Origin: an uncultured delta proteobacterium
Lineage (GTDB): Bacteria; Desulfobacterota; Desulfobaccia; Desulfobaccales; 0-14-0-80-60-11
Direction of reading: 5' to 3'
NCBI GenBank assembly: GCA_963848565.1
Contig: CAWKEQ010000006.1
Coordinates: 16,666-80,665, forward strand
Length of the DNA stretch: 64,000 nt
In this document: positions 11,152 to 21,182 of the stretch, piece after piece
Layout of the letters: each line of letters opens with the position of its first letter
How positions within the stretch are numbered: position 1 is the stretch's first letter
Made by a program: the position numbers and the translations under genes
Notes under the pieces: model-generated
What the model was told of the DNA's origin: nothing
Seen by the model: the letters and a program-made list of their open reading frames with translations, nothing else
Database searches by the model: none

Positions 11152-13320
11152 ATGGGGATATTCGGTAAAAACATCTCGATCCGGTGGAGTCTGCTGCGCA
11201 GCTTCGTGGTCCTCATCCTGTTGAGTTCCCTGACGGTGCTCATGCTCATGACCTTCCGGGCCCGCCAGACTGAACGAGATTTGTCCGAGAAACTCATCAA
11301 GAGAGGGACACTCCAGGCCACGGAGGAACTGAACCGTTTTTTTCAGCCGGTGAATATCAACACCCTGATTGCGGCGCGCTGGGGAGTTTCCGGTAAGCTC
11401 AATCTGGCCGAGGTCGTGGCCGGTCCAGCCGGCAAGGTCACCGCGAGCCAACTGGCCGCCGTCACCCGGCTCAACACGCTGCTGGCGCCGCTGATGCGGC
11501 TTTTCCCCGAAATGTCTTCCCTCCAGGTCGCCAACGCCCGGGGCGACGGTTTTCTCATCATCCGCCTGGAATCAGGCCGCATCCGCAACCGGGTGGTTTC
11601 CCGGGAGGCCTGGGGGACCCGGACCCTCTGGTTTGACCTAGACCAGGAGGACCGGCCCCAGTCTCCGGAATGGCGGGAGGTGGACTACGAACCGAGAACC
11701 CGGTCCTGGTACGTTGGCCTGAAAGACTTGCCGGACAATGAAGTTTTCTGGACCGAGCCTTATCTGTTCTTCACCACGAAAGAACTCGGCATCACCGCCT
11801 CGGTAAAATGGCATGACCGGGGGATGGAACATGTGTTTGCCGTCGATATTCTGTTGACGTCGATCACCGACTTTACCCGGCGGGACACCACCCAGCTCAG
11901 CAGCCACTCCCAGACCGCGGTGTATACTCAAGACTGGCGCGTGGTGGGACTGCCCCGTTATAAAAAGTTTCGGGATCAGGAGTCAATCCGCCGGGCCTTG
12001 CTGCTCCCTATCGACAAGATTCAGATTCCGGAATTGCAGGCCGCGGTAAGCATGGCCGAACACCAGAAAGCGATTGGCAAAGCAGTTAATGGGTCGGGCC
12101 AGGCCATCTTCAGTTACGAGTCCCAGGGGGAAAGCTGGTGGGCCGGGCTGACTTCCTATCCCCTGGGGAAGAGGCGCCAGCTCCGGATCGGCATCCTGGT
12201 GCCCAACGACGATCTCCTGGAAGGTGTCACCCAACTCCGCCTGCACATTCTGGTGGCAACCCTGATAACTCTCCTGGCAGCTTTGGCCTATTCCGTTCTC
12301 CTGGCCCGATCTTACAGCCGGCCCCTGGAGGCCCTGGCCGCCCAAAGCCGGCGGATTAGCGCCCTGGATTTCCAGGCTGATAAGAAAATTGAGGCGAACC
12401 TGCGTGAATTCCAGCAACTTGAGGAAGCCCAGGCCCAGTCGCTGGCGGCGCTGCAGTCCTTCTCCCGATACGTGCCCCTGGAAATTGTCAAGGAACTGAT
12501 GGCGAAAGGTGAGGTGGCCCGGATCGGCGGGCACACCGAGACCCTGACCGTTCTCTTCACCGACATTGCCGGGTTCACCAACATCGCGGAAGGCATGTCT
12601 CCGGAGGCCTTAACCGCTCACCTGGGCGTGTACTTCCAGGCTATGATCGACGCCCTGCACCACCACGAAGCCACGGTGGACAAGATTGTCGGCGACGCTA
12701 TCGTCGCCTTCTGGGGGGCGCCGACGCCGATGCCGGACCAGACGGACCGGGCTCTCCAAGCCGTGCTGGAGTGCCGGGACACCCTGGAGGGCTTGAATCA
12801 GACCTGGCGAACCCGGGGCCTGCCGGAACTCCCGACCCGCTTCGGCTTAGCCACCGGACCGGTGGTGGTGGGCAATATGGGGGCCCCAACCCGGCTGGCC
12901 TACACGGTACTGGGGGACACGGTGAATCTGGCCAGCCGCCTGGAAGGCCTGAACAAGCTTTATGGCACCAACATCTTAGCGGATTTTGGCACCCAGCAGG
13001 CCTGCCCGGACGGCTACGTCTGGCGCCACCTCGACCGGATCATCGTCGCTGGCAAAACCCGGGCCACCGACATTTTTGAACTGCTGGGTAAAACCGGGGA
13101 AGTGCCACCGGCAAAGCTGGCTGCGGCCCGGCGGTATGAAACGGCGTGGGACCGGTACCGTTCAGGTGATTTCCCCCAGGCCCTCGAGTGCCTGGCGGAC
13201 TTCGAGGCCGAGTTTGGTCCGGATGCGGCGGTGGCGCGCTTGCGGCAAATCTGCCAGGCGTACCTGCAGGACCCGCCGGACCCGGAGTGGGACGGAATTT
13301 CCAAAATGATGACCAAATAA
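11152..13320 (+). CDS. membrane sensor class III adenylate/guanylate cyclase (periplasmic Cache-like domain, HAMP, CYC)
   Basis: 722-aa ORF; two TM segments flank about 330 aa; catalytic motifs VLFTDIAGFT, VGDAIVAFWGAP, VLGDTVNLASRLE. Confidence 0.88.
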   Translation: MGIFGKNISIRWSLLRSFVVLILLSSLTVLMLMTFRARQTERDLSEKLIKRGTLQATEELNRFFQPVNINTLIAARWGVSGKLNLAEVVAGPAGKVTASQLAAVTRLNTLLAPLMRLFPEMSSLQVANARGDGFLIIRLESGRIRNRVVSREAWGTRTLWFDLDQEDRPQSPEWREVDYEPRTRSWYVGLKDLPDNEVFWTEPYLFFTTKELGITASVKWHDRGMEHVFAVDILLTSITDFTRRDTTQLSSHSQTAVYTQDWRVVGLPRYKKFRDQESIRRALLLPIDKIQIPELQAAVSMAEHQKAIGKAVNGSGQAIFSYESQGESWWAGLTSYPLGKRRQLRIGILVPNDDLLEGVTQLRLHILVATLITLLAALAYSVLLARSYSRPLEALAAQSRRISALDFQADKKIEANLREFQQLEEAQAQSLAALQSFSRYVPLEIVKELMAKGEVARIGGHTETLTVLFTDIAGFTNIAEGMSPEALTAHLGVYFQAMIDALHHHEATVDKIVGDAIVAFWGAPTPMPDQTDRALQAVLECRDTLEGLNQTWRTRGLPELPTRFGLATGPVVVGNMGAPTRLAYTVLGDTVNLASRLEGLNKLYGTNILADFGTQQACPDGYVWRHLDRIIVAGKTRATDIFELLGKTGEVPPAKLAAARRYETAWDRYRSGDFPQALECLADFEAEFGPDAAVARLRQICQAYLQDPPDPEWDGISKMMTK

Positions 13321-13364
13321 GGCGGGGTCAGAGGCCGGGTTTCGGACCCGCCGGGAGGCAGGCC

Positions 13365-13769
13365 ATGGCCAAGATCAGGATACCGAGAATAACGTGGCTG
13401 TTATTGACCTTTTTGCTGCTGTCTCAATCAGCTCTCCTGGCGGCAGAAGCCGCGATCACGGTCACCAAAGCCCAGGAGGGCCGGGAAATAGCCCTCAAGG
13501 TGGGGGATATCCTCCAAATCGAGCTTCCCGGGAGAGGCGGCACCGGCTACAGTTGGCTGACGGAGGTGACCGGCGCCCCCTACCTCAAACTCCTGGACCA
13601 ATCCACCCGGCAGCTTAAAGAAGGTCTGCCGGGAGGACCGGTGATGCAAATCTGGCGCTTTAAGGCCATGAAGCCCGGCGTAACCGGGATCAGCCTGGCT
13701 TATTACCGGCCGTGGGAAGGGGTTAAGACGGCTAAAGACCACTTCCGCATCAAACTCTGCATCGAGTAA
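13365..13769 (+). CDS. chagasin-family peptidase inhibitor I42, secreted
   Basis: ORF 13188..13769 trimmed to MAKIRI (ATG 13365); signal peptide; GGTGYSW motif resembling the NPTTGYxW inhibitor loop. Confidence 0.75.
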   Translation: MAKIRIPRITWLLLTFLLLSQSALLAAEAAITVTKAQEGREIALKVGDILQIELPGRGGTGYSWLTEVTGAPYLKLLDQSTRQLKEGLPGGPVMQIWRFKAMKPGVTGISLAYYRPWEGVKTAKDHFRIKLCIE

Positions 13770-13884
13770 AATCAGCGCGGTTATCGGGCCGCCCGGAGCC
13801 GCGCCGGCTCCGGGGTGATCCCGGGGATTTTTCCGCAGCCTCGTGATCTCCCGAAGCTGACCATCCCGGGGGGCCTGGTTTCCC

Positions 13885-14118
13885 CTAATCCGTACCGGGC
13901 GCTTTCTGCCAATCGTCATAAGGCCTGATGGGCTTGGGGGGCAGACCCGACATCTGCCGCTCCTCATTCTGGCTCTGCATATATTTCTGGTAAATTTCGT
14001 AAAGTTGGCGATTCTCCGCCCGGGTAGCCCGGTTCTGGCTGGGGGTCTCAGCCAGGGCACAGCCAAACGTGGCAGAGAGAACACCGATGAGAAGAATCAT
14101 TTTCAGCTTTATGAACAT
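13885..14118 (-). CDS. small lipoprotein, hypothetical
   Basis: ORF trimmed to MFIKLKMILLIGVLSATFGC (lipobox-like). Confidence 0.45.
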   Translation of the reverse strand: MFIKLKMILLIGVLSATFGCALAETPSQNRATRAENRQLYEIYQKYMQSQNEERQMSGLPPKPIRPYDDWQKAPGTD

Positions 14119-14522
14119 GACCTTGGGCTCCCTATCTCCTGCCGGCAATTTCACCAGGCGCATCATATCAGAATGTTAGGCGATTTTGTAGTAAGTTTGG
14201 CTCCCGGTCCGCGGCAGGCGCCGTTGCGATAAACGAACCATTTTGCACCCTATTGTGCTAACATGCGGTTCTTGAGAAAGGCTGCCGTTGGGAAGAGGGG
14301 CATGGGCAAATTTTAACCCTGGCGCCGGACGCCGAATTTTTTAGGGGGCCCCGGGGCAAGTGCGGGGCGGCCTGAGGCTCTCAAGGGCCGGCGGCCAGGG
14401 CCATGGCGCCATCGTTGCTTTCCATAAGGAGACTTTTCTTCGAGCCGCAGGAGTCTCGGGAATAAACTGAAGAATATTCAGCAACCAAACTTGTCGTTTC
14501 TCTAAAATAAATTACCATAACT

Positions 14523-15906
14523 ATGCTCAAAACATATTACCAAAAATCAATTATCAATGTGTTTTTTAAGATATTAGCACTTAAAAAAACCGAGCGCTTG
14601 AGCGTTAAGAAACTCCAGGATCTTCAAACCAAGCGATTCAGAAGGCTTTTAAAGCATGTCTTACAATACTCAAGATTTTATCAGCAGCATTATAAAGAAT
14701 CTGGTATCAGTCTTAAAAATATCGAGGATATTTCAGTAAATGACCTGCCGCCGATCAGTAAAGAATTAATGATGAGTCATTATGATGATTTTGTCTGTGA
14801 TCGCTCCTTAAAAAGAAAAAATCTTGAAGAATTTTTGAGCCGCTCTCGAGAGCCGAGAGAAAGATACCGCAATATTTATACGGTAATCCACACCTCAGGT
14901 TCTTCCGGGACCATCAGTCTTTTCGTGTACGGCCCCGACGAATGGGCGCTGATCAAGGCCTTGGTGGTGGCCAGGGTGGTAAAACCCGCGCCCCATTTTT
15001 TCAGGAAGACAAAGTTATCCTTCATCGGAGCAACCGACGGGCACTATGCCGCGGTCAGCCTATCCTCGGATGTGCCGCCGCTTCTGGCTCGTTTTCTGCC
15101 TCTGTCGGTGAACAGCCCCCTTGAAGCCCTTGACCAGGAGGGTAACGCTTTTCATCCGGATGTGGTGAGCGGTTACTCTTCAGGGGTGCACCTTTTGGCG
15201 GAGGAGCGGCTCAAAGGGAAGGTCGCGTTCCGGCCGGAGCGGATCATTTGCACGTCTGACCCGTTAACCCCTGAAATGAGGGAGACGATAACCCAGGCCT
15301 TTGGCAGAGAACCGGTTAATCTCTACGCTGCGTCGGAATCTCTGAGCATGGCGGCGCAGTGCGAACGGCAGGAAAATCTCCATTTATTCACCGACTGGCA
15401 TATCTTTGAAGCGGTGGACGACGATTTGCGGCCGGTGGCGGCCGGAACTCCCGGCAATCTGCTCCTGACCAATTTATATAATTACACCCAGCCACTGATT
15501 CGCTACCAGATGCACGACGAAATAGTCATGAACGAGCGAGCCCTGCGGCTGCGCTTTGCCGTTCCCCACGATTCGCACCATGGTTGGCCGGCAGGAGGAT
15601 TTTTTATGGTACGATACGGCCGATGGCAAACGTGACTATATCCACCCCATCGTGTTAGTAGAGTTATTTGTGGCGGGCCTGAAAAAGTTTCAGGTTATCC
15701 AGACCCGCAGAGATGAAATGCTCATGAAAGTAATGATTGAGGGCAATGAAGCAGCGGTGCTGGCGGCCATCCGCCGGCGGATGCAGGAAATTTTCCGTGG
15801 CAAAAAACTGGAAAAAACCGTCAAGCTTACCCTCGAGGTGGTCCAAGAAATTCCCCATGACCCGGTAACCGGCAAATTTAAGCTCATCATCCCGCTCAAA
15901 AATTAA
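14523..15906 (+). pseudogene. phenylacetate-CoA ligase / coenzyme F390 synthetase-like adenylate-forming enzyme, apparent +1 frameshift
   Basis: ORF 14523..15635 carries the TSGSSGT adenylation motif. The C-terminal domain (EPCGCALPFPTIRTMVGRQEDF…) continues in ORF 15556..15906 in another frame. The junction is near 15525..15545, and the 5' half is visibly AT-rich. Confidence 0.7.
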
Positions 15907-15972
15907 CCAGCTCTTCGCAGCACCGTCCGAAGGGTGACTTAGAGCCCGTCGAGACCTCGGTTAAAAGCCATT

Positions 15973-16056
15973 TTGTCATCCTGAGGGTAGCGCAGGATCT
16001 CGTATTTACTCGCAGTTATGAGATGCTTCGGTCGCTTCACACCCTCAGAATGACAG
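15973..16056. repeat. REP-like palindromic element (GTCATCCTGAGG…CCTCAGAATGACAG family)
   Basis: Inverted termini; homologous in opposite orientation to 56883..56975. Confidence 0.7.
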
Positions 16057-16143
16057 GTGGGGGAGGTGCGCTGAAGCCTCAAGGTGCGAGCCTGGTGAGC
16101 CCAGGCTGGATAGCTTGGGCCCTCCTTTGACTGCAAACCGCGC

Positions 16144-17097
16144 TCATACGTGGTTACGCAGTTGCAGCTCCACGGGGTGGGGGTGGAGGTAGAACTGTTC
16201 CTGCAGATAGGGCTGGTGATACTTCCGGACATAGTGATTAATCAGGGTGGTCGGCACCACCAGGGGGACGTAGCCCTGGCGGTAATAGTCGATGACCTCC
16301 AGCAATTCCTGTTTTTCGTCAGGGGTCAGGTCCTTTTTGAAATACCCCATCAGGTGGTGGAGGACATTGGTGTTTTTCTTGGGGGTGGTTTTCAGGCGCA
16401 AGGCCTCCATGAGCCGGGACTGATAAAGCTCATAGAGTTCTTGGGCCGGAATCTCTTGGGCCCGAGCCACCAGCCGCCCCAGCTCCCGGTAATGAGTGGT
16501 GCTGTGGGCCAGGATGAGGAGCTTGTGCCGGGTATGGAAGGCCACCAGGTCGCCGAGATGGGGTTTGGCCGCCAGAAGTTCCCGCCAGCGCTGAAACACA
16601 AAGATGCGCTCGATGAAGTTTTCCCGGAGGACGGGGTCATGGAGCCGCCCTTCCTCCTCCACCGGCAGGAGGGGGAAGCGCTCCATAAAGATGCGGGCGA
16701 ACATCCCCACCCCCTGGATCACCGGCGACCCCTGACCGGCCTCGGGGTAGACCTTGACCCGCTCCATGCCGCTGCTGGGGGATTTGCTCTTGAAGATAAA
16801 GCCCCGCAGGTCCTCCCGCTCCAGTTCCTCCACCCGTTTCCGGGCCCAGGCGACCATGCGGTCCGTGAGATCGACCTTGGTGCGGACGGTCATCAGGCGG
16901 GGGGCTTCCGGGTCGCCCACCAGTCGCATGGCTTCCCGGGGCACCCCCAGACCGCACTCCGCTTCGGGACACACGGGCACGAATTCCACATAGCGCCCCA
17001 GGGTGTCGGTGATAAAGTGGTCCCACTGGTGGCCGCCGTCAAACCGGACCGGCTCACCCAGCAGACAGGCGCTGATTCCCAGCCGAATCTTGTCCAT
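16144..17097 (-). CDS. YbgA family protein (DUF523 + DUF1722)
   Basis: ORF 16144..17208 trimmed to MDKIRLGISACLLGEPVRFDGG (AGGAGG 9 nt upstream); the longer ORF would run into the MITE at 17194. Confidence 0.8.
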   Translation of the reverse strand: MDKIRLGISACLLGEPVRFDGGHQWDHFITDTLGRYVEFVPVCPEAECGLGVPREAMRLVGDPEAPRLMTVRTKVDLTDRMVAWARKRVEELEREDLRGFIFKSKSPSSGMERVKVYPEAGQGSPVIQGVGMFARIFMERFPLLPVEEEGRLHDPVLRENFIERIFVFQRWRELLAAKPHLGDLVAFHTRHKLLILAHSTTHYRELGRLVARAQEIPAQELYELYQSRLMEALRLKTTPKKNTNVLHHLMGYFKKDLTPDEKQELLEVIDYYRQGYVPLVVPTTLINHYVRKYHQPYLQEQFYLHPHPVELQLRNHV

Positions 17098-17193
17098 AAG
17101 CCTCATCCTCCTGCCCTTGATGCATCGGTGCAACCGAGGAATACCATAATTATGCCCCCAGGCCCGGCCGTGGCCTCTATCGGGAAGGCACCT

Positions 17194-17368
17194 TATAGCG
17201 TTTGCCAAAAGTATTTTCCGGGGGTGGCATCATTCTAATCCCCCCTAACCCCCCTTGAGAAAGGGGGGGAACTATAAGGAATTGTTACTAAAGTAACCCT
17301 TTAAAAAAGGGGGACTTTAGGGGGATTTTAGAATCTCCACGTGGAAAGAATTTAAGGCAAACACTATA
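17194..17368. repeat. MITE-like palindromic element, copy 2 of 3 (175 bp)
   Basis: Terminal inverted repeats TATAGCGTTTGCC / GGCAAACACTATA and nested internal palindromes; no ORF. Confidence 0.8.
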
Positions 17369-17851
17369 TGTTCTGTTTGACAGTGTTGGTTTTCAGGAAT
17401 ATTTTTACAAGCTCATTATTACCTCTCAATAGGAAATTCGTGGTGGGGGCGCACCCGCGTGGGCGCCTCCATCGGTTCTCCCCTGCAAGAGATTAGCTTA
17501 ATAAATAATTCATATGAGATTAAAAGCCAACTTGATTTATTTAAGTAATTTTTGATACGAAAGACTACCATAGACTATACACGATATGGTTAAAAAACTG
17601 CAGGTGCCGGTGTTCTCATGAGGGCCCAGGATGGGGAGAGGGACCCGGGAGAATGCCTTCCGGCGGGGCGGATCGCGGCGTCCCGGTTGGTCTGGCAGCC
17701 GCCAAAAAAAATCACGCCAGAGAAAATCCAGTTGTGCAAAATCAATCTCAATCATGGTAGAATAAAATAGTTTGTGAAAGTTTTCTCTTTACTCTGGGGT
17801 AAAACCGGGCCAAAGTCGTGGTGCCGCCCGGTTGGGGGCAGTGAGGCAAGC

Positions 17852-18742
17852 ATGGCGCAGGAAAACTCCGGTCAGACGTTGTCAGAACCCTTGCTGGCCG
17901 CCTGGATCAAATGGACCATGGATTTTTGGGAAACCATGGCCCAGATGGGTCCCAGTCCGAGCGGGGCCGGTGGGGAGACCGACGGGTCGGCTGAACCCTG
18001 GCTGGCGGCCTTGAACCTCTGGCAGGCTTTTTTTTCCCTGCTGACGGAGCCGGGAACGGTAGCTACGGTTTTTCAAGGCATCCAGGCCCCCTCGAAGATT
18101 ATCTTGAAGATGGCCCAGGCAGGGTGGGGAGGGTATCTCTATCTCCACCAACAGTGGCTGAAAGGCTGGCAAGGGGGTGGATCTCCTGCCGGGGAAAATG
18201 GTTATGAAACCCTGGATCAAGATATTTTCAAGGCCTGCAATGAAATTTTTGAGCAGGACTTTCACCAGATATTGAACCTGCCGCACCTGTTACTGACCGG
18301 GCTTCCCCAGGAGAGGGTCAACCGGGCCACGGAAAAGTTCAATCAATTTCAGGCCGCCATGGCCGAATTCATCTATTTGCTCTATCTGCCGGTGAAAAAA
18401 TCCCTGCGGGCCATGAGGACAGGAGTTGGGGCTGGCAGACAGGAAAATCCCCCGGAAGATTTCAAGGACTACTATAAAGGGTGGCTGAGGATCCTGGAAG
18501 GGCATTACATGACCCTCTTCCAGTCGGCGGAGTATATCCGGACCCTGAATCATACCCTCCAATCCCTGGAAGGTTTCACCGCGGCCAAGCAGGAACTGCT
18601 GTCCGGGGCCATGGCCGCCCTGGGTCTCCCCACTCGCCAGGAAATGGATGATTTGTACCGGGAGATTTACCTGCTGAAGAAGAGTACGAAACAGCTGGCC
18701 AAAAGAATCGGCCGGACTGAGCCTTCCCAGGAGGAAGGTTGA
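17852..18742 (+). CDS. phaE: class III PHA synthase subunit PhaE (tentative)
   Basis: ORF trimmed to MAQENSG (ATG 17852). Its stop overlaps the phaC start (ATGA). Position and size fit PhaE; sequence-level family assignment was not verified. Confidence 0.65.
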   Translation: MAQENSGQTLSEPLLAAWIKWTMDFWETMAQMGPSPSGAGGETDGSAEPWLAALNLWQAFFSLLTEPGTVATVFQGIQAPSKIILKMAQAGWGGYLYLHQQWLKGWQGGGSPAGENGYETLDQDIFKACNEIFEQDFHQILNLPHLLLTGLPQERVNRATEKFNQFQAAMAEFIYLLYLPVKKSLRAMRTGVGAGRQENPPEDFKDYYKGWLRILEGHYMTLFQSAEYIRTLNHTLQSLEGFTAAKQELLSGAMAALGLPTRQEMDDLYREIYLLKKSTKQLAKRIGRTEPSQEEG

Positions 18743-19818
18743 TGGACCGGCCCAAAATTCCGGTTGACCTGATCCTGGCCAAGCTGGCGGCGGACGCGAC
18801 CGAGGCCAAGCACCGCCTGGAGAGAGCCCGGGATATCTTCCACGGCCCCCTGGCCACGGATATTGCCAGCACCCCTTATGAACTGGTCTATCAGGAAGAC
18901 CGGGTCAGGCTCAAATATTACCGGCCGGAAGCGGCCCGCCTCAAAACCCCGGTGCTGCTGATGCACGGCCTCTTTAACCGGGAAACCTTACTGGACCTCC
19001 AGCCGGACCGGAGTGTGGTGCGCACTCTCCTCAAGGAAGGGGCGGAGGTCTATCTCCTTGAATGGGGCTCCCCGACCCGGGGAGATCAGTTTCTCACCCT
19101 GGATGACCATATCAACGGCTACCTGGATAACATGGTGGAATTTATCCGCCACCGGCACGGGGTCCCCGGAATAAATCTCATGGGGGTATGCCTGGGGGGG
19201 ACCTTCGCGGTCATCTATGCGGCGCTCCACCCGGAAAAGGTCAGGAACCTGATCACCACCGCCGCCCCCACCCACTTTGCCACTCCCAAAGGCCTGTTGC
19301 ACATCTGGCTGCAGGAGATTGACGTCGACCGTCTGGTGAATACCTTTGGCAACCTGCCCGGCAACCTGGTGAACGCGGCCTTCCTCCTCCTCAATCCTCC
19401 CCGGCTCCTTTTGGATAAGTATTTGGGTTTTATGGAAAATATGGATAACAAAGATTTTATCGAGAACTTTATCCGCATGGAGAAATGGATCTTCGACAGC
19501 CCGGACGTGCCGGGGGAGACCATCCGGCAGGTGGTCAAGGACTTGTACCAGGAGAACCTCCTGGTGCAGGGCAAGATGCGGTTGGAGGGGCGCCGGGTGG
19601 ATCTCGGGCGGGTCACCATGCCTCTGCTGAATATCTATGGCCGGTACGACCACCTGGTCCCCCCGGAGGCGTGCGAAGTCTTGACGACCAAGGTGGGGAG
19701 CCGGGATACCGAGAATGTCTGTCTGGATACGGGACATGTGGGCATTTATGTCAGTTCCCGATTCCAAAAAGAGACGGTCCCCAAGATTGCTGACTGGCTG
19801 CTGGCCAGGGAAGGCTGA
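18739..19818 (+). CDS. phaC: poly(R)-hydroxyalkanoate synthase, class III, PhaC subunit
   Basis: 359-aa alpha/beta hydrolase with lipase-box-like GVCLGG (G-x-C-x-G); length typical of class III PhaC. Confidence 0.88.
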   Translation: MMDRPKIPVDLILAKLAADATEAKHRLERARDIFHGPLATDIASTPYELVYQEDRVRLKYYRPEAARLKTPVLLMHGLFNRETLLDLQPDRSVVRTLLKEGAEVYLLEWGSPTRGDQFLTLDDHINGYLDNMVEFIRHRHGVPGINLMGVCLGGTFAVIYAALHPEKVRNLITTAAPTHFATPKGLLHIWLQEIDVDRLVNTFGNLPGNLVNAAFLLLNPPRLLLDKYLGFMENMDNKDFIENFIRMEKWIFDSPDVPGETIRQVVKDLYQENLLVQGKMRLEGRRVDLGRVTMPLLNIYGRYDHLVPPEACEVLTTKVGSRDTENVCLDTGHVGIYVSSRFQKETVPKIADWLLAREG

Positions 19819-19883
19819 GTCAATTTGGCTGAAGACCGCAATTGAAACCGCGTCTTCGCCACTATCCAAGGAAGAGTATTACC

Positions 19884-20939
19884 ATGCCGGTAAGAATCGA
19901 TTATTTCGAGAAATTATTTGAGCTCTGCCAGGCCTTCGGCAAGGCCCTCAACCGTCAGGAGCTCCTGGAGATGATCTTCGCCAGCGCCATGGAGATCCTG
20001 GAGGGCAAGGCCGCCTGCCTGTACCTGATGGAGCCGGGCAAACCGGAGCTGTTGCCGGTGGCCCAGAAAGGCTTGTCGGAGACCTATTTCCGTTCCAAGA
20101 AATCCCTGCTGGTTCAGAAGATCGTGCCCCTGGTCCTGAAGGAAGGCTTTTTTTACTGCCGGGACGCGGCGGCTGACCCCAAGCTGGCCTATCCCGACGC
20201 CAAGAAGGCCGAGGGCATCGCCTCTATCCTGGCGGTGCCGGTGATGGTCAAGGGCAAAAACATCGGGGTATTTTGCCTGTTCACGGCCACCCCGAGGGAT
20301 TTTACCCAGGATGAAAAGAAATTCCTCACCGTATTGGCGCAGCAGGGGGGCGGGGTCATGGAGCACGCCCGTCTCATCGACCACCTGCACCGGGAGACCC
20401 AGCTCTTCTTCGACCTGGCCGTCAACCTGAGCAGCAGCCTGGAAGTGAAAGAGATCCTGCACGCCATGACCGCGGATCTGACCAAGTCCCTGTTGGGAGT
20501 CAAGGCCGCCTCCATCCGCCTCCTGGATGAGACCAAGGAGAGCCTGGAATTGGTGGCCTCGGTGGGCTTGAGTAAAAAATACCTGCAAAAGGGGCCGGTG
20601 TCGGCCCAGAAAAGCATCGCCCAGGCCCTGAAGAACGGCAATCCGGTGATCATCCTGAACGCCGCCACCGACAGCCGGGTGCAATACCGCGCCATGAACC
20701 AAGAAGAGGGGATTGTCACCATCCTGGCGGTGCCCATCAAGACCAAGGAGAGGGTGATCGGGGTGCTGCGGCTTTACAGCAAGGCGGTGCGGCATTTCAC
20801 CGCCGAGGAGATCAAGCTGGTCACCGCCCTGGCCTATCTGGGGGGCCTGGCCATCCAGAATGCCTCCTTGTATCTGCTGTGCCAGACGGAGATGAAGGAT
20901 CTGCAAGAGGAATTGTGGAGCCACCGCTCCTGGTTTTAG
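19884..20939 (+). CDS. tandem GAF domain protein
   Basis: ORF trimmed to MPVRIDY (ATG 19884); two GAF-like repeats (…ILAVPVMVKGKNIGVFCLF…, …ILAVPIKTKERVIGVLRLY…). Confidence 0.7.
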   Translation: MPVRIDYFEKLFELCQAFGKALNRQELLEMIFASAMEILEGKAACLYLMEPGKPELLPVAQKGLSETYFRSKKSLLVQKIVPLVLKEGFFYCRDAAADPKLAYPDAKKAEGIASILAVPVMVKGKNIGVFCLFTATPRDFTQDEKKFLTVLAQQGGGVMEHARLIDHLHRETQLFFDLAVNLSSSLEVKEILHAMTADLTKSLLGVKAASIRLLDETKESLELVASVGLSKKYLQKGPVSAQKSIAQALKNGNPVIILNAATDSRVQYRAMNQEEGIVTILAVPIKTKERVIGVLRLYSKAVRHFTAEEIKLVTALAYLGGLAIQNASLYLLCQTEMKDLQEELWSHRSWF

Positions 20940-21182
20940 GAGATCAGTAGGCCGCGGGGCAGAAAAAGCCCGGGCAAAATCACTTTCCCAGCCCGGTCCG
21001 AGGCCGCTTGACGCCGATAGGCTGAGGAACGGCCGGTATGGTACCAAGCTGGCGGTGAAATGAAACCCATCAATCCGATAACCTATTGATGGAAACGCAG
21101 GGCGGGTTTTAAACCCGCCCCGCCAGACGAACCTGATAGTATCTTTATTTAATCAACGCTCTCGATGAAGAAGTAGAGTATC

